A stretch of DNA of 62,609 bases, the filler included, from Platydemus manokwari (lineage: Eukaryota): NCBI GenBank assembly GCA_037951405.1. It is 6 parts of 6 records of this genome, joined end to end, with 100 filler letters (N's around TTAATTAATTAA, not from the genome) between each part and the next. Parts side by side here need not be neighbours in the genome. Positions count along the whole stretch, not along the records: positions 20,213 to 31,405 come from JBBMOY010844423.1; positions 31,506 to 42,160 come from JBBMOY011116552.1; 4 more parts are not named here. One strand, written 5' to 3'. The first letter of the stretch is position 1; every line of letters starts with the position of its first letter. The notes below the pieces were generated by a model. It made no database searches, had not been told where the DNA came from, and saw only the letters and a list, made by a program, of their open reading frames with translations. This document shows positions 24,694 to 37,200 of this stretch, piece after piece. Both the position numbers and the translations under genes were made by a program.

Positions 24694-24772
<79 letters not shown>

Positions 24773-27700
24773 AATAAATTATAAATTATTATTAAAATTG
24801 TATTTTAAATGAATTTCAAAACTGGAATAAAATAGAATCAATTTGTCATGATTATTTATTGGAATTAATTGGGATATACCAAATAATTGAGGGATATAGA
24901 ATAAATTATATTGATTTTCACGATCCCAGCAGTGTCAATAATGCAATTATTCTGTACCTGTGAATTCATTACTTTTCAACAAATTTTTAAATATAAATTT
25001 CAAAATAAAGTTTGATTTATGAAAACTCTAACAAATATATAACGATACAAGTTTGAAGAATATTTTCTCTATTTCCAGGGATTCTTTGTGCGATCGGACA
25101 GCACAAGTGAAGCAAGGCTTACACAAAATATCCAGTTTGATTCCTTATGATATTATTACATTTGAAGTTTGTTTTTCATTTATATTTAATATTTTTTGCA
25201 ATTCAAAATATTTTTAGACATGGGATTACATAATTCCATTCTGGTTGGAAACTTTACGCACTGAGATTCCAGAAAGTGATTATCCAGAATTAGAAATATT
25301 AATGAAGTAATATTTTCTGTTTCTAATTATTTATATGCCCTTTATTCCAGGTAATTATTGATAAATTTGTTAAATTTTGTGGTATAAATCTTGGAGAATT
25401 TTGTCTTCAAATTTGATTTTTTTTACATTGATATTATTATAGGGGGTTGAGAGGGTTAATATTAGAATAATTGATCATCTCGGCATATAGTGCACTAATT
25501 GATAGATTTCATAATGGTTTCCGCTCATTAGTATCAGAAAAGTCCTCAAATCAATCATATTATTATTATTATTCAGTATCTGATTGATTCGAACACGTGA
25601 TAATTTTGCTCGGGTTTATTAGTAACAGAAAAATCATCTCGGTCATTTTTAACATCCAAAATGAGTCATGAATCATTTCATAATCATTAACTTAACAAAT
25701 AAATGGTTAAAATTATCAATAAATCCATAAATATTAACATTTTTTTGATATTTTTATCTTAATTCTTTGATTTGTTGAGATATTTTTTGTTAGGAAAATT
25801 TTTGATCCACATGCTGGTCCTTTTCCATTCCTTCCTGCTAAACTCTATCAATTCGCTACGCAGAGATTTACCAATACATCAGTAGCAGTTCAAGATCAAA
25901 TACTTTGTTGGTTAGATGTAAGACAATGAAGAAATGATTAATGACAAAATTATCGAATATTTTCTGCAGATTTTAACCAAAATGAAAGTTCAAATTCCAA
26001 TGAAAGAATTACTGACAATGTTTTCTGTTGGAATAAAGAGTATGCATGATCCGATCCCATTAGTAGATGTAATTTCCAATGAGACCAGTCGACCATCTCT
26101 CATTCATCAAGAAGAATCTTTATCAATATCTGGAAGTGACACTGGACCACCGAATGTTAATAGTTCTGGTCTACCTCAGCTAGATGATATGGATCTCGAA
26201 GGTGCAATGACCGGAGCTTTAAGTGGGACCATTTCTCTGAGCAATTCTGAATCATTCTCCATGCTTTCTTGTCTCTGTATGATGCTGAAAACAATTAGCG
26301 TTCAAGTAAGTTCTTTAAAATCAATAAAAATATTTCAATCAAAATGTTTCAAAATCAATAAAATATTTTTATCTTGATTTTATTGATGGTTTTGTCTTCT
26401 CATGGATTTCTGTTTTTCTCAAAATCATTAGCTAAACTTTTGTGATTGATTTTCGTATTTTTAAAAGCTGAAAATGAATGATCCTCATGGCCATGGAAAT
26501 ATGAGTCAACAAACACCAACGCTAACTCTGGGTTTGTTAACTGACATGTTGTTGTTGTGTTGGGGTACTGAAAGCTGCAAATGTAAGAATTTGAGTGATT
26601 CCAATAACCAACAGAATCAGAACGCTCGCCCTTCATCGGTTGGGGAGGCTGCTCCGCAAGATATCTGTTCTACTTGCCAGAATATTCTCATATGGCACCA
26701 ATTAGCTGCTGAAATATTGAAACATATTGTTCCTATCAATCCAGTCAATTTACCAGACACCAATCTTACCATCGAATCGATTTCTTCAATTAATAAAAGT
26801 AAAAACAATTCAATTTTTTATGTATTCTTTTCAATGCTATTTGAGCACCTCTTGTTGAAATAAACACTTTGTACATATTTTAGAAGATGTTTGAGGTTTT
26901 ATAAAACATTTTTATGAAGATGTTCAGGAATTTTTCTTACTTGTTCTGGCTACAACGTTATTTATTGATTTTATAATATTTTTGCCTTTTATTTATGTGT
27001 CTAAGTATTTTATTGTTAATTTTTTTTATTAAATCGACATATTTAAATGAAAATAATAATAATACACGTGAGATCTTTTTATTGTTAGGATTGAAGAACA
27101 GGTAAAATTTGGTAAGCTGTAGCGTGAAATATTGAAATCAATAAAATTTCCTGATTAATGTCAAAATATCATACTAGTTCAGATTACCTATCAACGGTTG
27201 AGTAAGCCGAAATATTGGTAAATCACCAATAAATTTTCTAGATCATTTTGTCTTGAAGCTTATAAATCAATACTACCACTGCTAATAATAATTGATTTAT
27301 CTATTTGATCACATAAATTGTCTTTCGTGTTCATTATATCTATAATTTCACTGTGTGGTTTGAGTTTTTCCTTTGCAGCTTTCAAATATTAATAATAATT
27401 CTCATAAACTGATTTTTTCTTTTAGACAAGGCTCCAAATCCCAAGAATAATATTGGAGGTACGACGGATACGGTTAAAGATGAAAAGCCTTCTGAAACAA
27501 AAGAAGATCAATCCATCGAAACCAATGCTGACACTAACGAATTCGATATATCAGATTTATCCGTAGACTTAAAACTTCTTTATTTATTAGTTAAAGAGCT
27601 TCGACGACATCATACTGATCCAGAAATTATCCATAGTATATTGATGTCCATAACGTATTTGATACGGCACGCGGAATTACTGAAAACAGATCAAAATAGT

Positions 27701-30213
27701 CCGGACAAGAAATTGAATTACGTCAATCACCTTATGGAAAATATGCTAATTCCAGCGTTAGTTTCGCTTCTTTTATATTTATATATAATTACATAATATA
27801 TATTTTTATTTATTATCAATATGAACACACGAACATTGTATCTTTGATTGAATTCACCGTATCAGATTCTCTGATCGATTAAATATATGATCTTTTCGTT
27901 CTTTAACTTTTGACGGATAATAAAGTCTCGAGAGTTAAATTAAAATTACATAGCTACTCCACCTTAATAATTTATCACTTGCTTTTTTTGCGTTTTTGAG
28001 TGTTTGCGTATTTAGTGGTTTCGAGAGCTTTCTACTCATTAGTGTTGGAAAGTTAGCACATCAGTCACAGTAAAAGCTCCATTCAATTCTATAAAAATTT
28101 ATTATTTCGAAAAACACACGTTATGTAGAATATTTAAACAAATCATATATCTAAGATTTATTTAACTCTCACAATTTCGTTATTAACAATAAATGTAGAT
28201 GTATCTATGAATGTTTTATCGTGTCGATTTTATATATCTATACAGGCTTTGGGATTTGATGAGTTCCGAATTTTCTTATTTGGCTGAATTTTCGGTTCCA
28301 TTGTTATTGTATTGCTTCACGGTTAGCAGTGGAGCCGATGAATTCTGGAATATCCTGGAAAGAGAGTTCACTAGTACAGACTGGCGTATAAGATTCGATG
28401 CTGTTGAAAAAGTATTTGATAGCTTTTCTAAAATTGGATGAAAGCTACATTTTTGGATTTAGTTAACAATTTTGGCTCGACAAGTGGAAGATACAATGTT
28501 CGGCGAAAATCAAGCTGTTATGACATCATTGGCTCACGCATTTTCCAATTTGATTGGATCGTTAGATGATTTGAATTCTGCCGTGGCTACTAGAACGATT
28601 TTCTATTTGGAATCTGTGAAAGATAAATCATTAAGTGTGAGTTGTATTCACTTTACAAAATTATAAAACTAATCGGAAAAAATCGATAATAATGATTCGA
28701 TGATAATATAAAAAGAAGATGATCTAGAAAATGGTTTCTGAGGGCCTGAATGGCGGATAAATACACAAAGAAAAACATAATTTTTTTCACCTTACTTTCT
28801 TAAAAATAACAAAAAAATAATAAGATAAATTATAATAATACAATACAAAATATTTATGGGTAAATCAATAAGATATCAATAATTAGTGGACAAATGTGAT
28901 CTGGTTCACATAATGTTCTGAACTATCGATTAGTTTAAATACTTAAGCAATTCGGTAGTCATGGTCATTTTGTAAGAACTATAATCAGTATTGTATTATC
29001 TGGGAACTAGTGCAGTTGTAATAGTGTATTTAGAGTATTTGCTCTATTATTTCTAGTGTCTGTAGCATAACTAGTGTAGTTTCGATTGTAATGTAGAGAT
29101 GTAACTAACCATTTCTGTTACTGGGATTTGTTTATACACCCATAAAAAGATTCTGAGCTAGTACTTTCAACAGATGTATTTTACTTTATTCCAGATGTGA
29201 CCTTTTGAATAATTGAGATAAGTTCGATAAACCATTAGAATCCGTTAAGTTTAAACAATACCAAACTATATATATATTTCCTTCAAAATTGTATTTTCTC
29301 AACTTTACACTTATCTTTAAAATTATTTGATGGATTATTATATAATCAATTGTAATTAATAGTGTATCGTAAAATGTCTGGAATTCCAGTTTGATTCTGT
29401 GATTGCCGATAGAACACTCATATTACTTCGAATATATCAATTGAGTTGGGCTCTACCTGGAAGAAGTGTTTTCTCGTGGGATTTTTTTATTAATAGGTTT
29501 GGTATATTTTCAATAGAAGCCCAAATCGGTAATAATCTCGACACAGATATTAATAATGGTATGATAATTAGAGAAATGAAATCTTTTAATTTAATATTGA
29601 TTTACATTGCAGTAACTGATCTCAACAATCAAAAAGGATTAACGGATTTGTTTCGGATGCAGTTTGAAAGAGCTCGTTTAGCTGTGGCTCGAACTGATAG
29701 TATTCGATCGATTAGTCTGAGTACTTCTCCTAATCCTCTATATCGAAGAGCTTGTTCGGTGCCCATGCACCAGAGTTCCTCTGTGAATCTGTCAAATTTA
29801 CATGCTGCTGTTCAACCACTTCATTTAAACATCGCTCCAAGAGGTGGTTTTAAACTTAATCAAAGCCACGACTCGAAAATTCACGAAGGTTTTCTTTCTA
29901 ATTTATTTATCATCTGACATTAATCAAAATTTTAAAAATTAATATTTAAATAAATCATTTGATAATTAAATTAATGTTTTATTAGATTTGAAAATTCTCT
30001 CTTTAGATTCTGGTGACAAATTTTACACACGTCAATCGTCTGCACCGCAATTTAGTCTTGGACGACGAAAATCGAAACCTCTTTTACCTGGACTAGGTAA
30101 ACCTTATGGGCATCTCATAAAATCATAAAATAAAAATTGTCGATTAAAAATGATAAAAATAAATAAAATTCAATTTAATCAATGTGTTTGTTTAGATGTA
30201 ATTGGTGCTATTG
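22154..30213 (+). CDS. unc-79: UNC79 (NALCN channel complex subunit), partial. Exons: 22154-22235, 24470-24507, 24565-24668, 25079-25166, 25218-25306, 25794-25917, 25970-26305, 26468-26798, 27426-27756, 28246-28411, 28463-28636, 29363-29558, 29613-29888, 30007-30096, 30196-30213
   Basis: The spliced product contains EILSRIVSGLFNWF, LLPYPIEYAKVGSCWDSLC, LIPYDII..TWDYIIPFWLETLRTEIP, SEFSYLAEFSVPLLL, DWRIRFDAVEK, SLAHAFS, LEFQFDSVIADR and FSWDFFINRF, collinear with UNC79 as I recall it. Introns are GT-AG. The 5' and 3' parts are missing from this contig. Confidence 0.95.
24694..24771 (+). repeat. (TAT)n microsatellite in an unc-79 intron
   Basis: Perfect trinucleotide run, about 26 units, 25 nt downstream of the splice donor at 24669. 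Confidence 0.98.
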
Positions 30214-31333
30214 GTGAGTATTTTCTTGTACCATTCCATTGCAATACCAAACGTATAATAGATTTTATTATTCAACACGTTGTTTAGCACAGTTATATGT
30301 CACTTTCTCCATAGCTTTTACTATTATATATATAATATCATATCTCAATGTAGATTCTTGATATTTGTGGTATTTTATTACTGGTTTTTCAGGATAAAAA
30401 TAATGGTTTTAATAATGAGTAAGGGTAAGCTTATGTATATATTCGATAAGAGTTGGGTTCAATCGATAGACAATCAATTCACCAACAAATGATTGGGTTA
30501 AATTTGATATAATCCCGTTGAGTGAGTAAAATATTGTCATAAAATGTGGTTGGGAATGAACTTTGAAAGAAATTAAACAGCATTGTCGTTGACAATAAAA
30601 TAGAAATATTAGAAGAAAAAAATATTGTGTGAAATAAGGTTATATTGTTTAAATCGATTATTAAATATTATTGGTGTATTATTTTTTATTATGGGATAAA
30701 AACAACCGAAATCAAGTTAATGTCTGTTCAGTAGATTTAAAATATATTATTAAAGAAAAGCACATTATTATCGGGAATTGAATTGTAATTCTCTGAGATC
30801 TCATGTAGGTTAACATCGATCCAATTAACTCATTCATTCTGATTGGCACACACACATATATTCAGCATTTCCTTATCCGGAAACGTTTTATATTCATGAA
30901 TTGTTTAAACTCTAATCTCTACTTCTTTGCAAGAAAAATGTAATTTCTTGAATTATGGTGACCATAAGATTATAAAAGCACTCTATTTGCCATTATCCGA
31001 CTCTCACAACCAAATCATATCTCGTATTAAAGACAACCGTATTATCCCGTCTGCTACTCAAATTGACTTATTTGATTTTGGAATTTCATTCATGCTTAAT
31101 GTTCTTTCACGTGTTATTATTGGGTAGTTTATTTCGAAAGTTGTCTAAGTTATTAGTTATTTTAACATTTACCTTTCCTAGCTATCGTTTATCATTCTGC
31201 TAGTCTGTTAATTTCCGTTTTTTTATTATATATATAATACAATAAATCAGACTTTGTCTGGTGTACATTTACTTTTGTACCTCAATTCTTTCTGTGTCAG
31301 CATGATTTTACACATTTTTAGAAATTCCATATA

Positions 31334-31405
31334 TTAGGTTGGTGCAAAAATAATGGCCTTTTTTAAATTGGCTTTTCATTTTTAAATATTAAATTGAAGA
31401 TCTTA
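31334..31405 (+). mobile_element. mariner terminal inverted repeat (cecropia/Hsmar1-like), cut by the contig end
   Basis: TA followed by TTAGGTTGGTGCAAAAATAATGGC, nearly identical to the Hsmar1-type TIR start TTAGGTTGGTGCAAAAGTAATTGC. Confidence 0.85.
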
Positions 31406-31505
31406 NNNNNNNNNNNNNNNNNNNNNNNNNNNNNNNNNNNNNNNNNNNNTTAATTAATTAANNNNNNNNNNNNNNNNNNNNNNNNNNNNNNNNNNNNNNN
31501 NNNNN
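31406..31505. other. Artificial contig-joining spacer
   Basis: 44N-TTAATTAATTAA-44N. Confidence 0.97.
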
Positions 31506-31527
31506 TAAAAAGGATCTCAAAAACAAT

Positions 31528-31637
31528 GGGAGGGGGAAGTTAGATAAAAAATGAGATTTGTTTAAATATTAGAAAAAACTAATGGTGTAATTTTGAAATA
31601 TAATAAAACATTGATGGAAACGAGTTGTCTTTTTACT
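31528..31637 (+). mobile_element. PPT plus 3' LTR (31538-31637) of a relative of the 6426-8627 Gypsy element
   Basis: GGGAGGGGGA then AGTTAGATAAA...GATTTGTTTAAATATT...AATAAA...GGAAAC...TTTTACT. Same AGT..ACT termini, 100 bp. Confidence 0.85.
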
Positions 31638-33069
31638 ATAATATTAATCAGTGATGCGCCTAATGTCGATAATTGAAATTAGTAATTCGAAAATGTAGTT
31701 CGAAATACGAACTATGTCTGGAATTCTGTAATTATGTGTGATCAATTGACGGTTGATTTGGTTTTTTATGCTTCCAGTGGGCTGCACGGTAGCTGCCTGC
31801 GTTTGCCTTTAATTAAGTAAATTAATTATCCTTTTTTGCATATTTATTATCATAAGTTCTCCTTTATTAATTGCTATTTAATGCCTTAATTCTTAATATT
31901 TTATTTATTTCTTTTTTACGCCATTTCACCTCAATTTTTTCCTATCATCTTTTCAAGCAAAAAATAAAAATATAATAAGATATATAACAGAAAATCGATT
32001 ACAAAATCAATCGTAATTAAATGTCAAATAATCAATTTCAAAAAATTAAATATTAAATTGTTCTCATAGTCAAATATTGAATTGATCATTGTCAATTGAG
32101 GAATTATGAGTCTGAATTTGAATGAAGAATTGGAAGATAGGAGGTTATTCAAATTTGAAATCTATATTTGCACTGGTGATTTATTTCGGATTTATTTTAC
32201 ATAGTATTTAAATGGGGTTATTTGTCAAGCATTTATATCTTTGAATACATTTATCGATCGGTAGATTGCTAAATAATTTACTTTCAAATGGTTATTGACA
32301 TCTATTAGAAGTCATTCAAAGTTAATTTGAAAAGAAATTTCAAAATAAAAAAAGCATTGTCCAGAAATCTAGAATTTACAACAAGAATTAAAGATTTTTC
32401 AAAATTCATCTTTGAAGAAACTATAAATCGATTATCATTCAATTTTTTTGATGTCATAATCGAAACATTTTCGATAAAAATTTCTAATGAAGCCAGACAT
32501 TTATGATAACAAAGTCAGTTTAGAAAGATTTCTTTATATAGTAGTTCTTCAGTCTTGTGGTTGTCATGGGCAACAAAACAAATCATCTGAATTTTCACAG
32601 ACAACCTTCTATTATACAGCATTCATACCAAAATAAATGAAACACTATCGAGCATCCGGATATAATTGTGTATATTTTTTAAACTATTTGAATTTAAAAA
32701 ACTAGGATAAACAGTTTTTTGTGTTTATCAGTAATGCATTTACTTCCTATCAATATAGACTGATGAATCTGTGCAAGACATTAATAGAGTTAATACAATA
32801 TGCGATAATATAACGCTAGTAAATTTATTCAGGTTCTAATACAATGAAGTAACATTAACTACCAATTGCTACTCCTGTGATCATTGGATCAATCCCTTGG
32901 AAAGGCTCCAGCATTCGGACAAGCCCAATTTTTGGAGTCTTGGTCAGCCAATGTTATCTTGAAATATTATGCTTATAAAATGGATTTTTTTTATAATCCA
33001 TAATAAATATTTTATTGGAAAATATTCACAGCCTCAGCTTTTGGTCCAATATACTTAAAAATCAATAAA

Positions 33070-34218
33070 TCAAATCAATTCATCAACAATACATTCAATT
33101 GTAACGCAGTTGTCAACAAACATGTTATCAGCAACCATTTTCAAATAATCAAAAGAAAAGCTTTCACTGAAGTAAAATGAAAGATTGGAAGGCTTATCGA
33201 TCTCCACCATTTTTGTCCGGGTTTTGAGAACTGCTTTGTTTCTAATATTGATTTGCACTTTGGCTTTGAATGGCCAGTTGATGAATTCATTTCTCAAATC
33301 ATCCCAAATGAAAAGCTCGATTTCAAATTTTTTCGGGTGAAACCACAACTTCAACGACATTTTATGCGACTCGGCTTTGCTATAAAAGTATTTGCTTCTA
33401 ACATATTCTCGGTTTTTTATCAAATCACTGATATCGCCAATGATCCAAACCAGTGTTCCACCAATCTGAAAGAAACAATTCAAATGAAAATGCATAAAAT
33501 ATCAATATCGATTGACTTGATTTATTTTCAATTGCTCATTGATTGAATCGATTTGTTGTTTAAATAATCTATTTTCATTCTTTTTCATTTCATTTTCTTT
33601 CTTTCTGTTTTCATTTTCGTTCTTTTGATTTTCGATTTCTTTTTTCCAAGTTTCATTCTGGTTTCGTAAATTCTCATTTTCTTTCTTTCTGTTTTCATTT
33701 TCATTTTTCAAATTTTCCATTTCTGTTTGCATTGAATCCATGGCATCGATCAATACAGTCATGTGATGCAATGATTCCAATTCCATATGAAGTTCGATAT
33801 TTTCGGCATGCAAATTTTCAACACCGCATCCCAAACTATTGAAAATACATTTCATCCTTTTCTTCGAGCATATCTTCAAATGGTCATCCATATTGACCAA
33901 TCGATCTTCATGAGAACACTTGAAGGGACACATGACAACTAAATTAGATATGGATCGGTTAATTCCATAATCAATCATAGCGCCTGACAAAAACGATTCT
34001 TGACAAAAATCGGTCTTTCCAGGACAATGTTGACTTCCACTCAAAATCAATTCTTCAACACATTTACTACAAAACTTGCATCCGCACTCGATTTGTTTGG
34101 CATTATTGAGAATTTTTTCACATTTTAAACATTTGTATGACTTGTCAACGTTTTCTTTCGTTTCAAACTGATATTTAGTTAAAAGATCATAAATCGATTT
34201 CATATTTCTAGAATTCAT
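33070..34218 (-). CDS. TRAF-family protein (RING, TRAF zinc finger, coiled coil, MATH); 2 exons 34218-33517 and 33465-33070; 365 aa
   Basis: RING CLKC..ECGCKFCSKC..CPG, zinc finger CPFKC..DHLKIC..CIFNSLGC, E/N/K-rich coiled coil, MATH GTLVWII..SKYFYS..KMSLKLW..INWPFKAKV..DNCVTIEC. One 51-nt phase-0 GT-AG intron. Confidence 0.92.
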
Positions 34219-37200
34219 TTCTAAAATAATCAATAACTTATGATAAAACACAATATTAAATAAATAATTCCAAATTTCAAATATTAAGTTCCATAAAATT
34301 TGACCTCATTGTATTTAAACAAAGAAGAATAGATAATTTAATAATTTTGAATTATATAACCCATGCCTAACAATGCTGTATATGTACAATTTAAAATTGT
34401 AATTTTTTATTTTAGTCACTTGTTGTATGAAATATATTTGAAAGCTTAATCATCGCAATTTATAAATTTCAGATCATATAATATTTTATATTATAATAAT
34501 TATAAAGGAGTTGAGTTTAGATGAACAGCACAAAATGTAATTTTCACTATTTATTATCTGTCTAACCAATGACTGTCTGGATAAAAATCGGTGGCCCTCA
34601 ATCTCGATTTAAATCTACAAAAGTATTCAAAATGCCTATTTTAATTAAGCGGGCTCCTGCTTACAAATTTTCTGGTGAATATAAAATTTATAGAATTTTT
34701 ATAGAAACAATGAGCGATGTATTTTTTGTAAAATATTGATAAATTCTGGAGTGAAAAGATAACATTAGATTACAGTCTGTTTGGTACAATTTATTTTATC
34801 CGTTCTATTTGTGGACGAGTTGATATAAAACAATTAAAGACACTGTGTGTCTTTTTGTGGTAATAGTAACCCATGCTTGCTCCTTAAATTATTTTTACGC
34901 TAAATTTACCAAATCCTTTGACAGTATCGATTTTTGGTGCAAATTAATACCAACAATGATAAAAATAAAAAAATAAATAAAAAAGAACAATATAAAATAT
35001 GAGTAATAAATATGTTGCAGTTACATAAAAAAGGTTTTTTTAGGTTCGAGATAAGATGGATCAAGATAACACAATAATATATGGAATTAATGATAGATAA
35101 GTTGATCTGACTACAAATAGATTTATAAATGGATGCAATAGATTAAATATAATCAATACAACACCTAATACAATTGTTACGTTCGAGCCTTATTGATTTT
35201 ATTGATTTATCAATCTTATTTCTATTTGAAATAACTATTGTCTTTATCAGTCTCAATGAGTTCTTGAGTAAGACCACATGTTCAGTCTGCAACATTTTGT
35301 CTAACCTTCACCTCGCAAAACCCTATTATGTGAAGAAAATTGGTATGACAACATGGATATATCTTAATTGTCAATCTCAATTTATGTGTCTTACTTAAAT
35401 TCTTTAAGTTTCTGACACCAATGATAATGATAATTGATTTATGATGCCCATTTAATCAATAACTAAGATTTGCTATCAAAAATGTCTATTATTAAATAAC
35501 AATGATACAAATTAACGGCTAAATTAAGTTAATCTTAATATTACGCAATACATAAAACATTTTAACGGGCCTTATCAACTTTTTGGAATAAGTGACGGTT
35601 AATATACCTCACATTCTTAGAGCAAAACCAGTCACTTTCAAGAAATTGAGACACAGCTCGATAATGAGAGATAAAAGACAATATTATGGTATTGATCAGT
35701 GTTTCACAAAAACGCATCTTGTTGTAAGGATTTTTGATCCCTAATACAGAATGATCTTCTTGATGTTTGCTGCATAGCAACCTTGTTGATATTTTCGGGC
35801 TTCTTTTCGACTGTAACACTCAGACTGATAATATGTCCAAAAAGTGTCTCCAATATTGTGTCCAATATTGTGTAAGTGGTAATTGTAATTATTGTCTTAT
35901 ATAGGCATTGATGACTCACTTTTAGAAATTCTCTATGATTCAATTCAGTGCAATTCATTTATCGTTTCTATGCTAGAATTTATTCCTTATTATTTTATTC
36001 ACTTCTTAAGTCCATTGCGCATAGCATTTAATTGAAATAATAATAAAACACTTTCTTCAATTTAATCCGATTTCTTCTCTAATTGTATACCAACCATTAT
36101 AATCCATTATGTTACGACACCATATATTTATAGTCCAAATAATACAATATATTGATCAGCTAGAATAAATGTGTAACTCGACTACCAGTTGCCTTAAACG
36201 TGTTCAGATATGCTATTATACTCACAATTTTTTCGAGAAACTATTTTTGCTGACTTCAGATTTGTAGAGAAATCGAATGGACTTTAACCCTGAATAATTT
36301 CCATCATCCGTTTTTCAATATTTACACTATGAAATTGTCATAGTTCTCAATTAATAACCATGATGTCAGTATAATTTCCAGTGTGATACAAAATTTAAAG
36401 CCTAAAGTTTGTGTAGGTCGATTGTATTTGACTTATTCAATTTTTCAGATTCCAATAAGAGTTATCATTTTATGTCAACTGTGGTTGATCAACGCATTTG
36501 CATGTGTCGTTATGTAGCAATGTATTTTGTCAATAATCTTTTATTATGGATTCTGCTTGATCGATTATAGTATATGTATGACTGTGCAGGTATAAAATTC
36601 GAAACATCGATTCATCGAAATTTCTATACTTTTAAATTCTAATAAACCACCTTTTCAATCAATTATTGTAACAGTAATCTGTTCCACTTCAATTTTTGTC
36701 CATCTTGTGTCATTTCTGAAATGTCGCAATTAACAACTTCTATTTACATCAACATAGCAGACCAGAGCTAGACATGAGAATTTAACAATAAAATTTTGTA
36801 TATTGTTTTTCAAATTACTGACAAATTAATTTTCAGTATGCTAATGATTTATTTCGCTTTTATAATTTGAGTGTATTCGTGCAATTTTAATGTTAAAATC
36901 GGTGTCTAAAGTATTATGGTATTTTATTTAAAAAAATCCACAGAGATTTTAAAATATATATAGATATCAATTCGGGTAATAAAATCATGACATTGCTAAA
37001 TTTTTAAATTGAGCTTTGTTCAACCACAAGAAATGGCAAAGTTATAATCAGTTAACTATATCTACAAATGTCGAAAATTAAATTTTAAAAAATAATTAAA
37101 AATTCTAAATAAATATTTTTTGAAAAATTCTAAAAGAAAATCATTAATAATTTCCTTAAATAAAAGAAATAATAGAACATTCTAGAACAATTTGTTTAAA

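Noticed and set aside
24364-24777. ORF with poly-Tyr tail (also 53011-53448)
   Set aside because: Read-through of real exons into intronic (TAT)n microsatellites. Splice donors precede the repeats.
32380-32480. Penelope-like RT motif (FIFEETINRLSFNFFDVII)
   Set aside because: Only loose resemblance, and no other RT motifs nearby.
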